Source: a virus (Duplodnaviria; Caudoviricetes). From it: DNA of 58,698 nt. The notes below the pieces were generated by a model. It saw only the letters and a program-made list of their open reading frames with translations. It made no database searches and was not told the origin of the DNA. The stretch is taken from positions 1 through 58,698 of the IMG/VR virus record IMGVR_UViG_3300029827_000002. One strand, written 5' to 3'. Below, one piece after another: positions 1 through 9,518 of the stretch; position 1 is the first letter of the stretch, and the number at the start of each line of letters is the position of its first letter. The position numbers and the translations under genes were made by a program.

Positions 1-33
1 AATTTTCGGAAATGAATCATATAAGACAAGATG
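1..33. repeat. Terminal direct repeat (circular overlap), left copy
   Basis: Bases 3-33 are identical to 58668-58698; 1-33 vs 58666-58698 differ by one synonymous base (CAA/CAG). Confidence 0.95.
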
Positions 34-212
34 ATAAATGTTATGTTGTGATTTATTCCTTAAATGATCTTTTAGACATTGAATCAATGTTAAATGTTTT
101 TTGTTCAATAAACAACTTAGAAGCACATAAAATAAGAGCCGATATCTCAAATATTGGAATGCAAAATAAAATACAAGTTGTAGAGGTAGAAAAATATTAT
201 GAAAAATTTTGA
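12..212 (+). CDS. 3' part of hypothetical Zn-finger protein that starts at 58470 and crosses the junction
   Basis: The frame from ATG 58470 (MKKRIKCTYC...CSDC...FLQFSEMNHIRQD) runs through the terminal repeat into this ORF. Confidence 0.75.
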   Translation: MNHIRQDDKCYVVIYSLNDLLDIESMLNVFCSINNLEAHKIRADISNIGMQNKIQVVEVEKYYEKF

Positions 213-399
213 TTTTGATATTGATTCAATAATAGGAAAAACAATAAAAAATATTGATAATGATCTTAGTGAAGGTTATATAAAAATAACATTCACTGAT
301 AATACAGCCATTGTTTTTGAAGCCGATACAAGCGGAGATTACGGAGAATATAATACTCCAATAAGTTGTAGAAAGGGAAATGAATATGATGAAATATAG
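199..399 (+). CDS. Hypothetical protein
   Basis: ORF with GAGG RBS, overlapping its neighbours. Confidence 0.6.
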   Translation: MKNFDFDIDSIIGKTIKNIDNDLSEGYIKITFTDNTAIVFEADTSGDYGEYNTPISCRKGNEYDEI

Positions 400-733
400 A
401 TATTATGATATACCTAAAATTGCAAAGATTTTCTTAAGTATTTATGATAGGTTGCCACAATTAATAGAGCAGCCAAATGAAGGATTTCAACTAGAATCAT
501 TTGTCCAGATATGGGGCAATACAAGCGGCGGACATGAAGGAATTGGCGGTTCTGCTATGACTTCACAATTAACAGTTGTTCTATGGAATGAAAAAAGAGC
601 ATTTATATTTTTTGATGGTAATTATGGCTATAAGATAAGGTTTTCTTTAGTCAATAAAGAATTATTTTTTAAAGATTTACATAATAAAAATATTGCTGGG
701 GCAATATCTCAGAAAAAAAGATATCAAAAATAA
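380..733 (+). CDS. Hypothetical phage protein
   Basis: 117 aa ORF with Gly-rich FxQxWGNTSGG...GIGG motif. Confidence 0.65.
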   Translation: MNMMKYRYYDIPKIAKIFLSIYDRLPQLIEQPNEGFQLESFVQIWGNTSGGHEGIGGSAMTSQLTVVLWNEKRAFIFFDGNYGYKIRFSLVNKELFFKDLHNKNIAGAISQKKRYQK

Positions 734-772
734 GGAAATAGATCATCAATAAAATTTAGATCCATTTCCTAT
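733..772 (+). terminator. Putative stem-loop ending the plus-strand operon
   Basis: Imperfect inverted repeat AGGAAATAGATC...GATCCATTTCCT directly after the stop codon. Confidence 0.4.
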
Positions 773-840
773 ATGGGTAAACAAATATAACAAATTAAAT
801 TTATTTGTATATGATACAATAATTATTATAATACTTTTTA

Positions 841-1276
841 CTTAGCAAAATTTGAAAAATATATTAATTTAAAATTATCACTTAGCAAAAAGAGCTTTAA
901 AAAAATAGCTCTTTTTGTTTTTGCTAAATATAATATATAATAAAAATTAGAAGTTGCTAAATTAAAATTGCTAGGTTTAAAACTTCTAAAAAATGTATTT
1001 TGTGAATTTTACTTTCCTTTATTTTTTTAATGTTGCTAAAAACAAAAAATTCTTGCTAATATGATTAATTCTTACTTAGCAAGAATTTTTTGTACCTAGC
1101 AATTTTAATTTAGCAAGGTTTTAAGTTAGCAAATTTAACCTAGCAATATTAAAATTAGCAAGGTTTTAAGTTAGCAATTCAATTAATATTTTAACTTAGC
1201 AAGTTTTAATTTAGCAAAAAAAATAATTGCTAAATATAAATATTTATACCTAGCAATTATTTTTTTTAATTAGCAA
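841..1276. repeat. Non-coding TAGCAA/TTGCTA array with nested inverted repeats
   Basis: By hand count, 13 TAGCAA and 6 TTGCTA in ~435 bp, with 14-16 bp spacing at 1097-1177. Perfect inverted pairs at 954-976/1094-1116, 1042-1059/1076-1093 and 1217-1232/1251-1266. Confidence 0.9.
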
Positions 1277-1280
1277 ATAA

Positions 1281-1433
1281 TTATTTTTTTCTTAATCTGT
1301 TCCAATAATTTTTTGCATCTTTTTTTATTTTCTGAGTATGATCAATTTCCTTCAAGCATTTTTGAGAGAAATTTCTATTACATTTTTTGTTATTATAAAA
1401 GTAACAATTTTTGTCGTTGTATATACATTCCAT
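1281..1433 (-). CDS. Small Cys-rich hypothetical protein (50 aa)
   Basis: Manual translation MECIYNDKNCYF...; AAGGA RBS upstream. Confidence 0.45.
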   Translation of the reverse strand: MECIYNDKNCYFYNNKKCNRNFSQKCLKEIDHTQKIKKDAKNYWNRLRKK

Positions 1434-1503
1434 TTGCCAATTATTCCTTTCTAATTTTTTTTGAATTTATATAAAAAATAAGAGAGGATAATCCCCTCTT
1501 AAA

Positions 1504-1686
1504 TTAATCTAGTTCATACCATTTTTTACCTTTTTTATTTTTTCTATCTGTTACTATTTTATTGTTTTCAACTACGGTTGCTTCGGTGCAATCTTCACCG
1601 GGTTCAAGGTTACATGTTCCTTTTCCATTATTATGTTTACAGCTTTTTATTTGACAATTTCTAATTAATTCTTGTTCTTTTCCCAT
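1504..1686 (-). CDS. Small Cys-rich hypothetical protein
   Basis: CxxxxCxHN...C...C pattern, AGGAG RBS, hairpin at ~1478-1502 downstream. Confidence 0.6.
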   Translation of the reverse strand: MGKEQELIRNCQIKSCKHNNGKGTCNLEPGEDCTEATVVENNKIVTDRKNKKGKKWYELD

Positions 1687-1705
1687 TGTTTTTATCTCCT
1701 TTATT

Positions 1706-1846
1706 TCAAAATATATCAGGCTCGGACAAATCTATATAACATAGTTGTCCTTTTGGTTCTTGAATTAAAAGCCATGCTGGAATATCTCCAACATCTTCTA
1801 ATTCATTAATCCTTTCAATTTCACTTTCCGTAAAAAAATCTTTCAT
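1706..1846 (-). CDS. Small acidic hypothetical protein (46 aa)
   Basis: Manual translation MKDFFTESEIERINELEDVGDIPAWLL...; GGGAGG RBS; directly downstream of the promoter at 1892-1920. Confidence 0.6.
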   Translation of the reverse strand: MKDFFTESEIERINELEDVGDIPAWLLIQEPKGQLCYIDLSEPDIF

Positions 1847-1891
1847 AATCAATTTGCCTCCCATAAATTTAATATTTTTCTTACTACATCT

Positions 1892-1920
1892 ATTATATTA
1901 CATAGAATCTATTTTGTCAA
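1892..1920 (-). promoter_or_regulatory. Consensus sigma-A promoter, copy 1
   Basis: TTGACA-aaatagattctatgtaa (17 bp)-TATAAT on the minus strand. Confidence 0.9.
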
Positions 1921-2397
1921 CTCTTTAAGAAAATTATGGAAGATTTTCAACATTGCCCATCCTGCATCCTGCTTGTCTTGACAAAAGAAAATATTGTCAA
2001 TATATCCTTTATTATACCAAGAATTTAATGATCCTATAAATGCATTCGGATGTAATTTTGATCTATAATTATGCTCTTTTATATCTTCTTGAGTAGCATT
2101 TTCAATTAAAAGAACCATTTTAGCTCCTGCTTCTTTTGCTCTTTTAAACTCATTTTTAAATCGTTCTCGGCGATTTATCGGATTATCCTTTTTGCCTGAA
2201 GTTAAATTTAGAGCTAATTCATCAAGACTATTTTTTCTTTCAATTACAATCAAATTTCTATAATCTGTGTTATGATCAATAAATGAATAATCACCGAATT
2301 TTAATGTTTGTTTTCTTTTAACCGATATTTTATTAACAGCCATATAATTTAATATATGGCTGTTCTCCTTTTCTCTAGAATCAATTAATATGATCAT
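1909..2397 (-). CDS. ERCC4-domain nuclease (probable resolvase)
   Basis: IDSRE, LKFGDY, IERKNSLDEL and LLIE motifs. Confidence 0.9.
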   Translation of the reverse strand: MIILIDSREKENSHILNYMAVNKISVKRKQTLKFGDYSFIDHNTDYRNLIVIERKNSLDELALNLTSGKKDNPINRRERFKNEFKRAKEAGAKMVLLIENATQEDIKEHNYRSKLHPNAFIGSLNSWYNKGYIDNIFFCQDKQDAGWAMLKIFHNFLKELTK

Positions 2398-2717
2398 AAC
2401 TTATCATTCTCATATCTTCTTATTAATAATTCTTTTTGGTTACTACCTTGAATTCTTTTTAAGATACTTTCTTCTTTGCGATTAAAAGAATATTTGCCAA
2501 ATTTAGTTTCTATAAATACTTCCTTATAATTAAGCCCAATACTAGTTATTGAGTCAATATTAATTGTAAAATCAAGATATATTTCTTTATCATTATATTT
2601 TCTTGATAAAATATGTGGATCACCAATAGAAAAAATATGTAAATCACCAAATGAAATATTCCATTTAAATTCTATTGGATTTCTATGTAAAAAACGTTCT
2701 ATTGTTAATTGATTCAT
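2394..2717 (-). CDS. Hypothetical protein
   Basis: ORF in operon with AGGAG RBS. Confidence 0.6.
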   Translation of the reverse strand: MNQLTIERFLHRNPIEFKWNISFGDLHIFSIGDPHILSRKYNDKEIYLDFTINIDSITSIGLNYKEVFIETKFGKYSFNRKEESILKRIQGSNQKELLIRRYENDKL

Positions 2718-2721
2718 AATA

Positions 2722-3138
2722 TTATTCTCCTTTAGGTAATTTTGTATTGTGAATACTTTGAATCAATCTTAATGCATATCCAATCAATTCATCTTCTTTA
2801 TTACCAGCAATGTCTAAATTATTAAATAATTCTTTAACTTTTTTTAGTTCATAATTTGTCTTATCAGATAAAATAATAAAATTCTGATCTTCTTTTAATT
2901 GATAAATTTCTTTGATTGTTAGGTCTTTTTTATATTTGTTTGATTTAATATCAATTTTAGAAAGTAAATAAAAATGATCTTCTAAAATTTTATTAATATA
3001 ATCATCAATACTTTCATTAGATTTTCTATTTTCTAATATCTTATCTAATAAATTATTTTCTATGGCTATTTTACCTTCCTTTCTCATTTTCATCATCCTT
3101 TCCATACAATCTTTGATATTCTTCAGATATCGTTTCAA
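2722..3138 (-). CDS. Hypothetical protein (start probably near 3090)
   Basis: ORF overlapping the upstream gene. Confidence 0.55.
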   Translation of the reverse strand: MKRYLKNIKDCMERMMKMRKEGKIAIENNLLDKILENRKSNESIDDYINKILEDHFYLLSKIDIKSNKYKKDLTIKEIYQLKEDQNFIILSDKTNYELKKVKELFNNLDIAGNKEDELIGYALRLIQSIHNTKLPKGE

Positions 3139-3916
3139 ATGTCATATAAATAACTTTTTGTCTAGCTTTTTCAAAAAATTCATTAGCTTTCGGGAAAGCC
3201 AGTATATATTTTTTATATAATTTATTATGTAGATTTGTAGCAAATTTGCTTGATAAAATCATTTCTTTATTGTTGAGAACTATAAAACCTTTAGCATCAT
3301 AATTTTTTTGAATAGCAATTTCTCTATCGTATTTTTCAGTTAAATAATAATATGAAATAAATAGTTCGTAAGCATATTCATAGGCTTGATCTTTCATTTT
3401 AATCTTATTTAAATTATCTTCTAAAATTTTATTACTTTTTCCATTATTCCTAGACATATTTAAATAATGTTCTTCAGCTATAAAAGTATTTGTTGAGTCA
3501 GTCTTATATTGTTTTTTCTCCATATCTTTTAAACAATGAGAAATTAATCTTCCTTCAGCTAAAATTAATTTCTCAATGACTTCTGTATAGGTTGATTTTT
3601 GATATTTTGCAATATCTTTTAAAATTTTTTCTGCTTTTTTTGAAAGAATTATTCCATAAATATTTTCATCATCAAACATTTTAAATTCAAAATTAGTATT
3701 ACTTAACCTGAAACATTCTTCGATTCTTGGAATGTTAGGATGATATTCTCTATGAAATAATATTCTATTGAATAATATGCAATGATGTTTTGTTAATTGA
3801 TTATCATTCAATTTAATTTTATTTTGTTCTTCTTCAGTTACATTTAAAAATCTGCATCTATTACAATATTTATTAGAATCAATTTTTTCTTTATTCATTA
3901 TTTTCATTCCCTTCAT
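3071..3916 (-). CDS. Hypothetical protein with N-terminal Cys cluster
   Basis: 281 aa; CNRC...HHC...C pattern. Confidence 0.65.
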   Translation of the reverse strand: MKGMKIMNKEKIDSNKYCNRCRFLNVTEEEQNKIKLNDNQLTKHHCILFNRILFHREYHPNIPRIEECFRLSNTNFEFKMFDDENIYGIILSKKAEKILKDIAKYQKSTYTEVIEKLILAEGRLISHCLKDMEKKQYKTDSTNTFIAEEHYLNMSRNNGKSNKILEDNLNKIKMKDQAYEYAYELFISYYYLTEKYDREIAIQKNYDAKGFIVLNNKEMILSSKFATNLHNKLYKKYILAFPKANEFFEKARQKVIYMTFETISEEYQRLYGKDDENEKGR

Positions 3917-4139
3917 TATCTAATATGAATAGTTGGTCTTGGTTAATCCCAAAGTAATCACATAGTTTTTTTCTTATCTGATATTTTGGATAAGCCTTAT
4001 TATTTTCAATTCTTCTTATCCAATCACGACTTATATTTAATTCTTCAGATAGTTCTTTTTGGGTTATATTTTTCCAAACTCTATAAGCTTTTAATTTATT
4101 ATTCATTGTTCTTATTCTTTGTTTTAACATTTTAATCAC
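3891..4139 (-). CDS. XRE/Cro-family HTH regulator
   Basis: NKLKAYR...ITQKELSEELNISRDWIRRIENNKAYP...LCDYFG. Confidence 0.9.
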   Translation of the reverse strand: MIKMLKQRIRTMNNKLKAYRVWKNITQKELSEELNISRDWIRRIENNKAYPKYQIRKKLCDYFGINQDQLFILDNEGNENNE

Positions 4140-4145
4140 TCCTAT

Positions 4146-4337
4146 CTATTTAAATAAACTCAATTTTTCTGGGCTTGTGGCTTCACTACAATCAATATTA
4201 TGTTTATATAATACAAAAACGTATTTTTCATTTACGCTTTTTATTTTACCTATATCCCATAATTTATTAGAACATCCATCATATGGTTTATAAATTACCA
4301 TTTTACCTATATTATTTTTAGCTTCATCAATAGTCAT
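4146..4337 (-). CDS. Hypothetical protein, SH3-like
   Basis: IGKMVIY...GKIKSVNEKYVFVLY pattern. Confidence 0.6.
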   Translation of the reverse strand: MTIDEAKNNIGKMVIYKPYDGCSNKLWDIGKIKSVNEKYVFVLYKHNIDCSEATSPEKLSLFK

Positions 4338-4576
4338 TATTTTCTATCCTCCTTAAAGAAACTTTTGGGAACAACTTTTCCATATGCTTCCATTTCTAGC
4401 CCTTCGTTTTCTTTTTCCAATTTTTTTATAATTTTTCTTTGTTCTTCTACAAGTTCCATATATTCATTTCTTTGATCTAATAGCATTTTATTGTTTACTC
4501 TTAAAGATATATTGTCATCTTCCAAAATTTTTATTTTATTTTCTAATCTTTCAATAACTTTTATAAGTATATCCAT
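4337..4576 (-). CDS. Coiled-coil hypothetical protein
   Basis: Heptad-rich ORF with AGGAG RBS. Confidence 0.6.
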   Translation of the reverse strand: MDILIKVIERLENKIKILEDDNISLRVNNKMLLDQRNEYMELVEEQRKIIKKLEKENEGLEMEAYGKVVPKSFFKEDRK

Positions 4577-4625
4577 ATTTAATCTCCTTCTATTTTCAAT
4601 TAAAAGGAAGCTAAGAACTTCCCTT

Positions 4626-5069
4626 TTAATATGTTCTTAAATAACTATAAACTTGCTTTACCTTAGTAATAACATTATCTAAAGATGTTATTTTTAAATA
4701 ATCTCTAATTTCTGTAATCTTTCTTGCTTGTACGTATTTACCTTTAATATTAAAATATTTATTTAAATCATTTAATTCTAAATTAGTTAATTTAATAGTT
4801 TCTTTTAAAGTATTTTCTATTTCTTCAAGTCTTTGAATATAATTATTTTTGTTATTATTAATTTCAATAGTTTTTTCAATATCTATATGTCTGGCATTTT
4901 CTTGATATTCATTAGAATTATTATCTTTAATTCTTATATAATTACCTTCAATTTTTATTACTTCACCAGTGATAATTACATACTCATGATATTGCCAGAC
5001 ATTCAAGGCGATAATATCGCCAATTTGAACGTCATTAATTGTATATTGCATAACTCTTGATATTTTCAT
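4626..5069 (-). CDS. Hypothetical protein
   Basis: Coupled to the helicase gene; hairpin at ~4603-4626. Confidence 0.6.
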   Translation of the reverse strand: MKISRVMQYTINDVQIGDIIALNVWQYHEYVIITGEVIKIEGNYIRIKDNNSNEYQENARHIDIEKTIEINNNKNNYIQRLEEIENTLKETIKLTNLELNDLNKYFNIKGKYVQARKITEIRDYLKITSLDNVITKVKQVYSYLRTY

Positions 5070-5070
5070 C

Positions 5071-7176
5071 TTATAAATCCTCCTTGAATTCTGATATCAT
5101 TCTTTCTTTTAGAAATGTATTTCTTTTTTCTCTGTTATTTCTTGCAACAACTTTTTCTGTTGTTTGTTTGTTTGATAGATAAATAACTGTTTGCTTTCCT
5201 CTTGTAATTCCTGTATATAAAATACGAGAATCCATAAAAGGAGAATCTTGATTCATTATAATCACGATATATTTAAATTCTGATCCTTGTAATTTGTGAA
5301 TTGTAGAGCAATACGCCAATTGAAAATTTTTAACAGTTTCGGAATTTTTCTTATAACAAACAGTTCTGTCTAAATCTTTATAATAAACAGAGAATGTTGT
5401 CTTGTCTTCATCAGATATACGACCACTTTCTCCATTCATTACTTCATTTTCCCGATCGTTCTTAATACACATGATCTTATCGCCCTTGTCAAAAGGAAAC
5501 CATTTTGATAATTTATCTTTTTCTTTTACAGGATTTAATTGTTTTTTAAGCATTTCATTGATATTATTTACACCAGTAGCACCCTTTTTAATTGGTGCAA
5601 TAAACTGTACCTCAGAATAAAATTTATCAATGTCTTCATATTTTTCTAAAAGATAATTGAAGAAATATAATATTGAATCCTTACAATTAGAATCATTAAC
5701 TTGTTTGCAATAAAAGTCTTTCTTTTTAATTGAATTATCAAATTGCTTATTATCATTTACTAAAGTTGCGATATCAATTATGTTTGAATCCCCTTTTTGT
5801 CTAAAAACCTTTTGAAGTTTTACACAGGGAATAATTTGAGACTGAATAAGATCATGTAAACAGTTACCCGGTTGAACACTTGGCAATTGTCCCGGATCAC
5901 CAACTAAAATTAATTTTTTAAAGTCAATTGGTGCATCATCCATCGTTCTTAATAAATCATAAAATAATTCCGTATCAACCATTGAAAACTCGTCAACAAC
6001 CATTACAGATTGTCGATAAGTTCTTGAATCTTCAGCAACATTTAAAAATCTATGAATTGTTGTTGCAGCTGATCCAGTTGCTTGTTCCATTCTTCGACTT
6101 GCTTTTCCTGTTGGAGCAGTCAAAAACATACGAAAATTCAATTCATTTAAAATAAATAATGCACATTTTAACAAAGTTGTTTTTCCTGTTCCTGCTCCAC
6201 CAGTCAAAATGCTTACTTTGTTATTTACAAGATTTTTGATTCCTTCGATTTGAAGTTTATCAAATTTAATTTTATTGATTTCTTGATAATCATTGATAGC
6301 TTGATCTATATCATAATTATCAAGAAATTTTATACTAGTTTCTTTTTCGATCAATTTTTTAAGATAATACGGAATTTTCGTTTCCGCTTCAAACATAGAA
6401 TTTGTATAAATTCTTTCTCCGTCTATTTCTAATCTTTCATTTTCTTCAACAAATTGATCTACATTCTTTATATTTAAAGATGATAGTTTATCTAATAAAT
6501 CATCTTTTTCAATGTAACAATTTCCTAGACTTGTATAATATTTAACTACATATTCAACAAGATATTTAAGTCTTATTGGATTATCTTCTTTAATTCCTAG
6601 ACTTAAACCAATTCTATCGGTATATTTAAACCCAAAATCAGCATTTTCTATCAATATTTTATAAGGATTTGCTTTGAATTCATCAATACCGTTTTCTAAA
6701 TTTTCAACTAATTCATTGATTGATTTTATTTTAGTCGGACTGACTTTATCGCCAAGCAGCATATTTAATTCTTTAAATACCTCCATAGATTCAAGTTTTT
6801 GAAGTCCTTCACGAATTAATAATACAGTTGCAGCCCCAACACCTTTTATTTTAGGGTAATCTTCCGTTTTAAAAATATTAATATCCTCAACCTCATTTAA
6901 TATTTTTTCGGCTGTTTTTTGTTTTATACCCGGAATAGAACAAAGCAAATTGCTTTTAGATGTTCTGGAATTATAGTCAAATTCCTCGTATTTACATTGA
7001 AAAGATTTTTGACCTTTATAATTTCCCATAGTGCCTACTAGCGTTTTCTCGCCCTCTGTAAGCTCAAATCCATCAGCTTTTACACTGACTGACTCGTCGC
7101 CAACCCATCCAGCATAAATCCGAAAATCGCCATTTCTAAAGATTTCTCTTTCAATTTCAATATTTATCTTTTCCAT
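5071..7176 (-). CDS. recD2: RecD2/TraA-like SF1B helicase
   Basis: HhH repeats (IPGIK, IKGVG), Walker A TGGAGTGKT, VDEFSM, LVGDPGQLPSV, FRQ, TIHKLQGSE and YTGITR motifs. Confidence 0.95.
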   Translation of the reverse strand: MEKINIEIEREIFRNGDFRIYAGWVGDESVSVKADGFELTEGEKTLVGTMGNYKGQKSFQCKYEEFDYNSRTSKSNLLCSIPGIKQKTAEKILNEVEDINIFKTEDYPKIKGVGAATVLLIREGLQKLESMEVFKELNMLLGDKVSPTKIKSINELVENLENGIDEFKANPYKILIENADFGFKYTDRIGLSLGIKEDNPIRLKYLVEYVVKYYTSLGNCYIEKDDLLDKLSSLNIKNVDQFVEENERLEIDGERIYTNSMFEAETKIPYYLKKLIEKETSIKFLDNYDIDQAINDYQEINKIKFDKLQIEGIKNLVNNKVSILTGGAGTGKTTLLKCALFILNELNFRMFLTAPTGKASRRMEQATGSAATTIHRFLNVAEDSRTYRQSVMVVDEFSMVDTELFYDLLRTMDDAPIDFKKLILVGDPGQLPSVQPGNCLHDLIQSQIIPCVKLQKVFRQKGDSNIIDIATLVNDNKQFDNSIKKKDFYCKQVNDSNCKDSILYFFNYLLEKYEDIDKFYSEVQFIAPIKKGATGVNNINEMLKKQLNPVKEKDKLSKWFPFDKGDKIMCIKNDRENEVMNGESGRISDEDKTTFSVYYKDLDRTVCYKKNSETVKNFQLAYCSTIHKLQGSEFKYIVIIMNQDSPFMDSRILYTGITRGKQTVIYLSNKQTTEKVVARNNREKRNTFLKERMISEFKEDL

Positions 7177-7218
7177 AATCTGCCTCCAAATTCATTTTTT
7201 TAATTCTTCTATGACTCT

Positions 7219-7247
7219 ATTATATTACATTGAACATTTCTTGTCAA
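7219..7247 (-). promoter_or_regulatory. Consensus sigma-A promoter, copy 2
   Basis: TTGACA-17 bp-TATAAT upstream of recD2. Confidence 0.9.
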
Positions 7248-7305
7248 CTAGTATGTTAAATGTAATATAATTACACTAATTAATATAAAAAAAATAAGCC
7301 GAAGC

Positions 7306-7581
7306 TTATTTTAAAATTCTATAAATCAATCTTCTTTTTGAAAATGTCTTGTAAAATAATACAAGTTTTGATATATTAGGATTCGGATTTTTGATCCATT
7401 TTTTAAATACTTTTTCTGAATTTGTAAGATATTTTGAATTTTCAATTTTTGCTTTATTCTTTAAATACCAATGTTTGAATTCTATGAAATTGATATTATG
7501 ACGGAATATTAATTTCATAGAATCATTATCCAAATTAATAGAATTAGAGTTTTTTTTAATTGCTTTATTCATACTAATCAA
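7306..7581 (-). CDS. Hypothetical protein
   Basis: Basic 91 aa ORF coupled to the AbrB-like gene. Confidence 0.5.
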   Translation of the reverse strand: MISMNKAIKKNSNSINLDNDSMKLIFRHNINFIEFKHWYLKNKAKIENSKYLTNSEKVFKKWIKNPNPNISKLVLFYKTFSKRRLIYRILK

Positions 7582-7747
7582 GCCTTTCTATGATAATTTT
7601 GTTTTCTGATTCTTGATATAAAATAAATATATCATTTTCAGATAGATTCATTTTTTTTATAAGATGTATAGGAATAGTTACGACAAAACTATTCCCAACT
7701 TTTCTTATTCTTTTTTGAATACTATTTTTTCGTTTTATCTTTTTCAT
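7574..7747 (-). CDS. AbrB/MazE/SpoVT-type DNA-binding protein
   Basis: KRIRKVGNSFVVTIP...MNLSEND motif; start reassigned to ATG 7747 after AGGAGG. Confidence 0.8.
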   Translation of the reverse strand: MKKIKRKNSIQKRIRKVGNSFVVTIPIHLIKKMNLSENDIFILYQESENKIIIERLD

Positions 7748-8867
7748 TAGTTTTTTCCTCCTTCTTTTCCTGCTTTTTTTCATTAGTTTTTTGCGTTTTA
7801 TTAGTTTCTTTTTTATTATCATTATCTTTGTCGGTCTTTTTATTATCTTTGATTTCAGAGCTATTTTTATCAGTTTTTTGACTATCTTCTTTCTTATATT
7901 CCATTTCAATTATTTTTTCATCTTTATTATTATTATTATTATTATTATTTTCTTCTTTCTTTTTTAATTTAAGTTGAATAGTTTGTTTTATACCTAAAAT
8001 AATAGTATCAACCATATTTTTAGGTATATTTGATATTGTAGTGTTTTCTTTTAATTGACCTCTTTTAATCAATACGTTTATAACATATTCAATAATTTTA
8101 TATTCTTCTTCAGATGATAAATTATTATTATTAGGGTCCATAGCCTTGTAAAACTGCTCTATATCGTTTTTATCAGCAAACAAAGGTTTTGGATCTTTTT
8201 TATTTTTATTTTTATCATCTATATTTTTATCATCTAAAGGAATATCAATAACATTTTCTGGATTTGTTTCGACTCCTATTTCTTCAGAGCTATATACTCC
8301 TTTGAAATCCTTTGTAAATAACTTTCTAGCTCCTGAAGCTATAGCACATTTTACAATCATGGTTGCGGGCATTTCTGCCCAATTTTTTAATGGTTTTGTT
8401 TTTTGACTTTTTTTATCATAATATTCTTTATAAAACTCAGAAAACGTAACACTCCATTCAAATTCTATTTTCCAATCGCTACGTTGTGCCTTGAACCATG
8501 CCCCAACTATCTGTTCGCCATGGTTTTTAAGATAAAATGTTCCTGTTCTTTCAGTCACATTATTATCTTTTAACAAAATTAGTCCCGCCTTCCATCCTTC
8601 GCATAGAGGATGTTCGTCAAGTCTGTTAGTAAAAACATCAATACCAACAACCATTTGGACATTATCGCCAAATTTGATCAGATGGGCCTCACCAAGAAAT
8701 GGATTTAACTTCTGATATTGACACAATTTAATAAATGAATATATTTCCATTTCGGTAAAATCTTTGCCTTTAGCGATTACATTTCTTACTATATCCAAAC
8801 TTAATTGGACGTTTCCATTTTCACTTTCATAAGTTACGTTACAAGCTTTAATTAAATTATTATTCAT
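7722..8867 (-). CDS. bet: Bet/RecT single-strand annealing recombinase with charged low-complexity tail
   Basis: FIKLCQYQKLNPFLGEAHLIKFG, WAEMPATMIVKCA and GVYSSEE motifs. Confidence 0.9.
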   Translation of the reverse strand: MNNNLIKACNVTYESENGNVQLSLDIVRNVIAKGKDFTEMEIYSFIKLCQYQKLNPFLGEAHLIKFGDNVQMVVGIDVFTNRLDEHPLCEGWKAGLILLKDNNVTERTGTFYLKNHGEQIVGAWFKAQRSDWKIEFEWSVTFSEFYKEYYDKKSQKTKPLKNWAEMPATMIVKCAIASGARKLFTKDFKGVYSSEEIGVETNPENVIDIPLDDKNIDDKNKNKKDPKPLFADKNDIEQFYKAMDPNNNNLSSEEEYKIIEYVINVLIKRGQLKENTTISNIPKNMVDTIILGIKQTIQLKLKKKEENNNNNNNNKDEKIIEMEYKKEDSQKTDKNSSEIKDNKKTDKDNDNKKETNKTQKTNEKKQEKKEEKTNEKDKTKK

Positions 8868-8961
8868 ATTCTTTCTCCCTTCAAGCCTTTATTTAACTAT
8901 ATTATATAATAAAAATATAAAAATGTATATACATTTTAGTAAAATAGTTTAATAGTTTTAT

Positions 8962-8990
8962 TTGACTAATATGTAAAATAGCTTTATAAT
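8962..8990 (+). promoter_or_regulatory. Sigma-A-like promoter for the RHH-membrane protein-amidase unit
   Basis: TTGACT-17 bp-TATAAT. Confidence 0.75.
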
Positions 8991-9009
8991 TACGGTGGAG
9001 GTGATTTTC

Positions 9010-9198
9010 TTGACAAAAGAAAAAGAAACAACTTCGCTAAATGTGCAAATTGAAGATGATTTATATATTGAATTTAAACTTATTTGTACTAGAAATAAAC
9101 TTAAAATAAAAAATGAAGTAAAAAAAGCTATAGAATTATATATAAAAAATTATGAGAAAGGAGAATTTCAAAAAATTGTTAATAATGAAAATAAATGA
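9010..9198 (+). CDS. Ribbon-helix-helix (ParG/omega-like) DNA-binding protein
   Basis: TTSLNVQIEDDLYIEFKLIC...IKNEVKKAIELYI; TTG start after GGAGGTG. Confidence 0.7.
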   Translation: MTKEKETTSLNVQIEDDLYIEFKLICTRNKLKIKNEVKKAIELYIKNYEKGEFQKIVNNENK

Positions 9199-9499
9199 TA
9201 GTTTATTTAATATTTTAAATTCCTTAGTTATTCCAATATACATAGTATTATTAATTTCATCTTTTTTATTTGTTGTTTCTAAATTTTTAAAAGCAATATT
9301 TGAAATTGATAAATTTAGAAACAAAACTAAATCATTAGTTAAAGACATGGATGAAGCTTATAAATTCATGAACGAAACAATTCATCTATTTAAGCATAAT
9401 CAAAAAAAAATGTCTGAAGAAATGAAGATAATCTCAGAAACAATGGAAAAAATTAAAGTAAGATTAGAAAACTATCTTAATTTAATTGAAAAAAAATAA
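9152..9499 (+). CDS. Membrane protein (one TM + coiled coil), possibly lysis-related; start may be 9185
   Basis: Hydrophobic LVIPIYIVLLISSFLFVV followed by coiled coil; precedes the amidase. Confidence 0.6.
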   Translation: MRKENFKKLLIMKINDSLFNILNSLVIPIYIVLLISSFLFVVSKFLKAIFEIDKFRNKTKSLVKDMDEAYKFMNETIHLFKHNQKKMSEEMKIISETMEKIKVRLENYLNLIEKK

Positions 9500-9518
9500 T
9501 GAAATGGAGGAATGAAAA

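Noticed and set aside
841-1276. CRISPR array or protelomerase site interpretation of the TAGCAA region
   Set aside because: Repeats are 6-8 bp with spacers of about 10 bp and mixed orientation. No cas or protelomerase gene and no single long uninterrupted palindrome are visible.
7748-7909. Lys/Arg-rich N-terminal extension of the AbrB-like ORF
   Set aside because: Alternate-frame reading of the low-complexity Bet tail; the RBS supports a start at 7747.
7925-7950. (AAT)n microsatellite as a phase-variation switch
   Set aside because: In-frame triplet repeat encoding poly-Asn in a disordered linker; similar runs occur elsewhere in this AT-rich genome.
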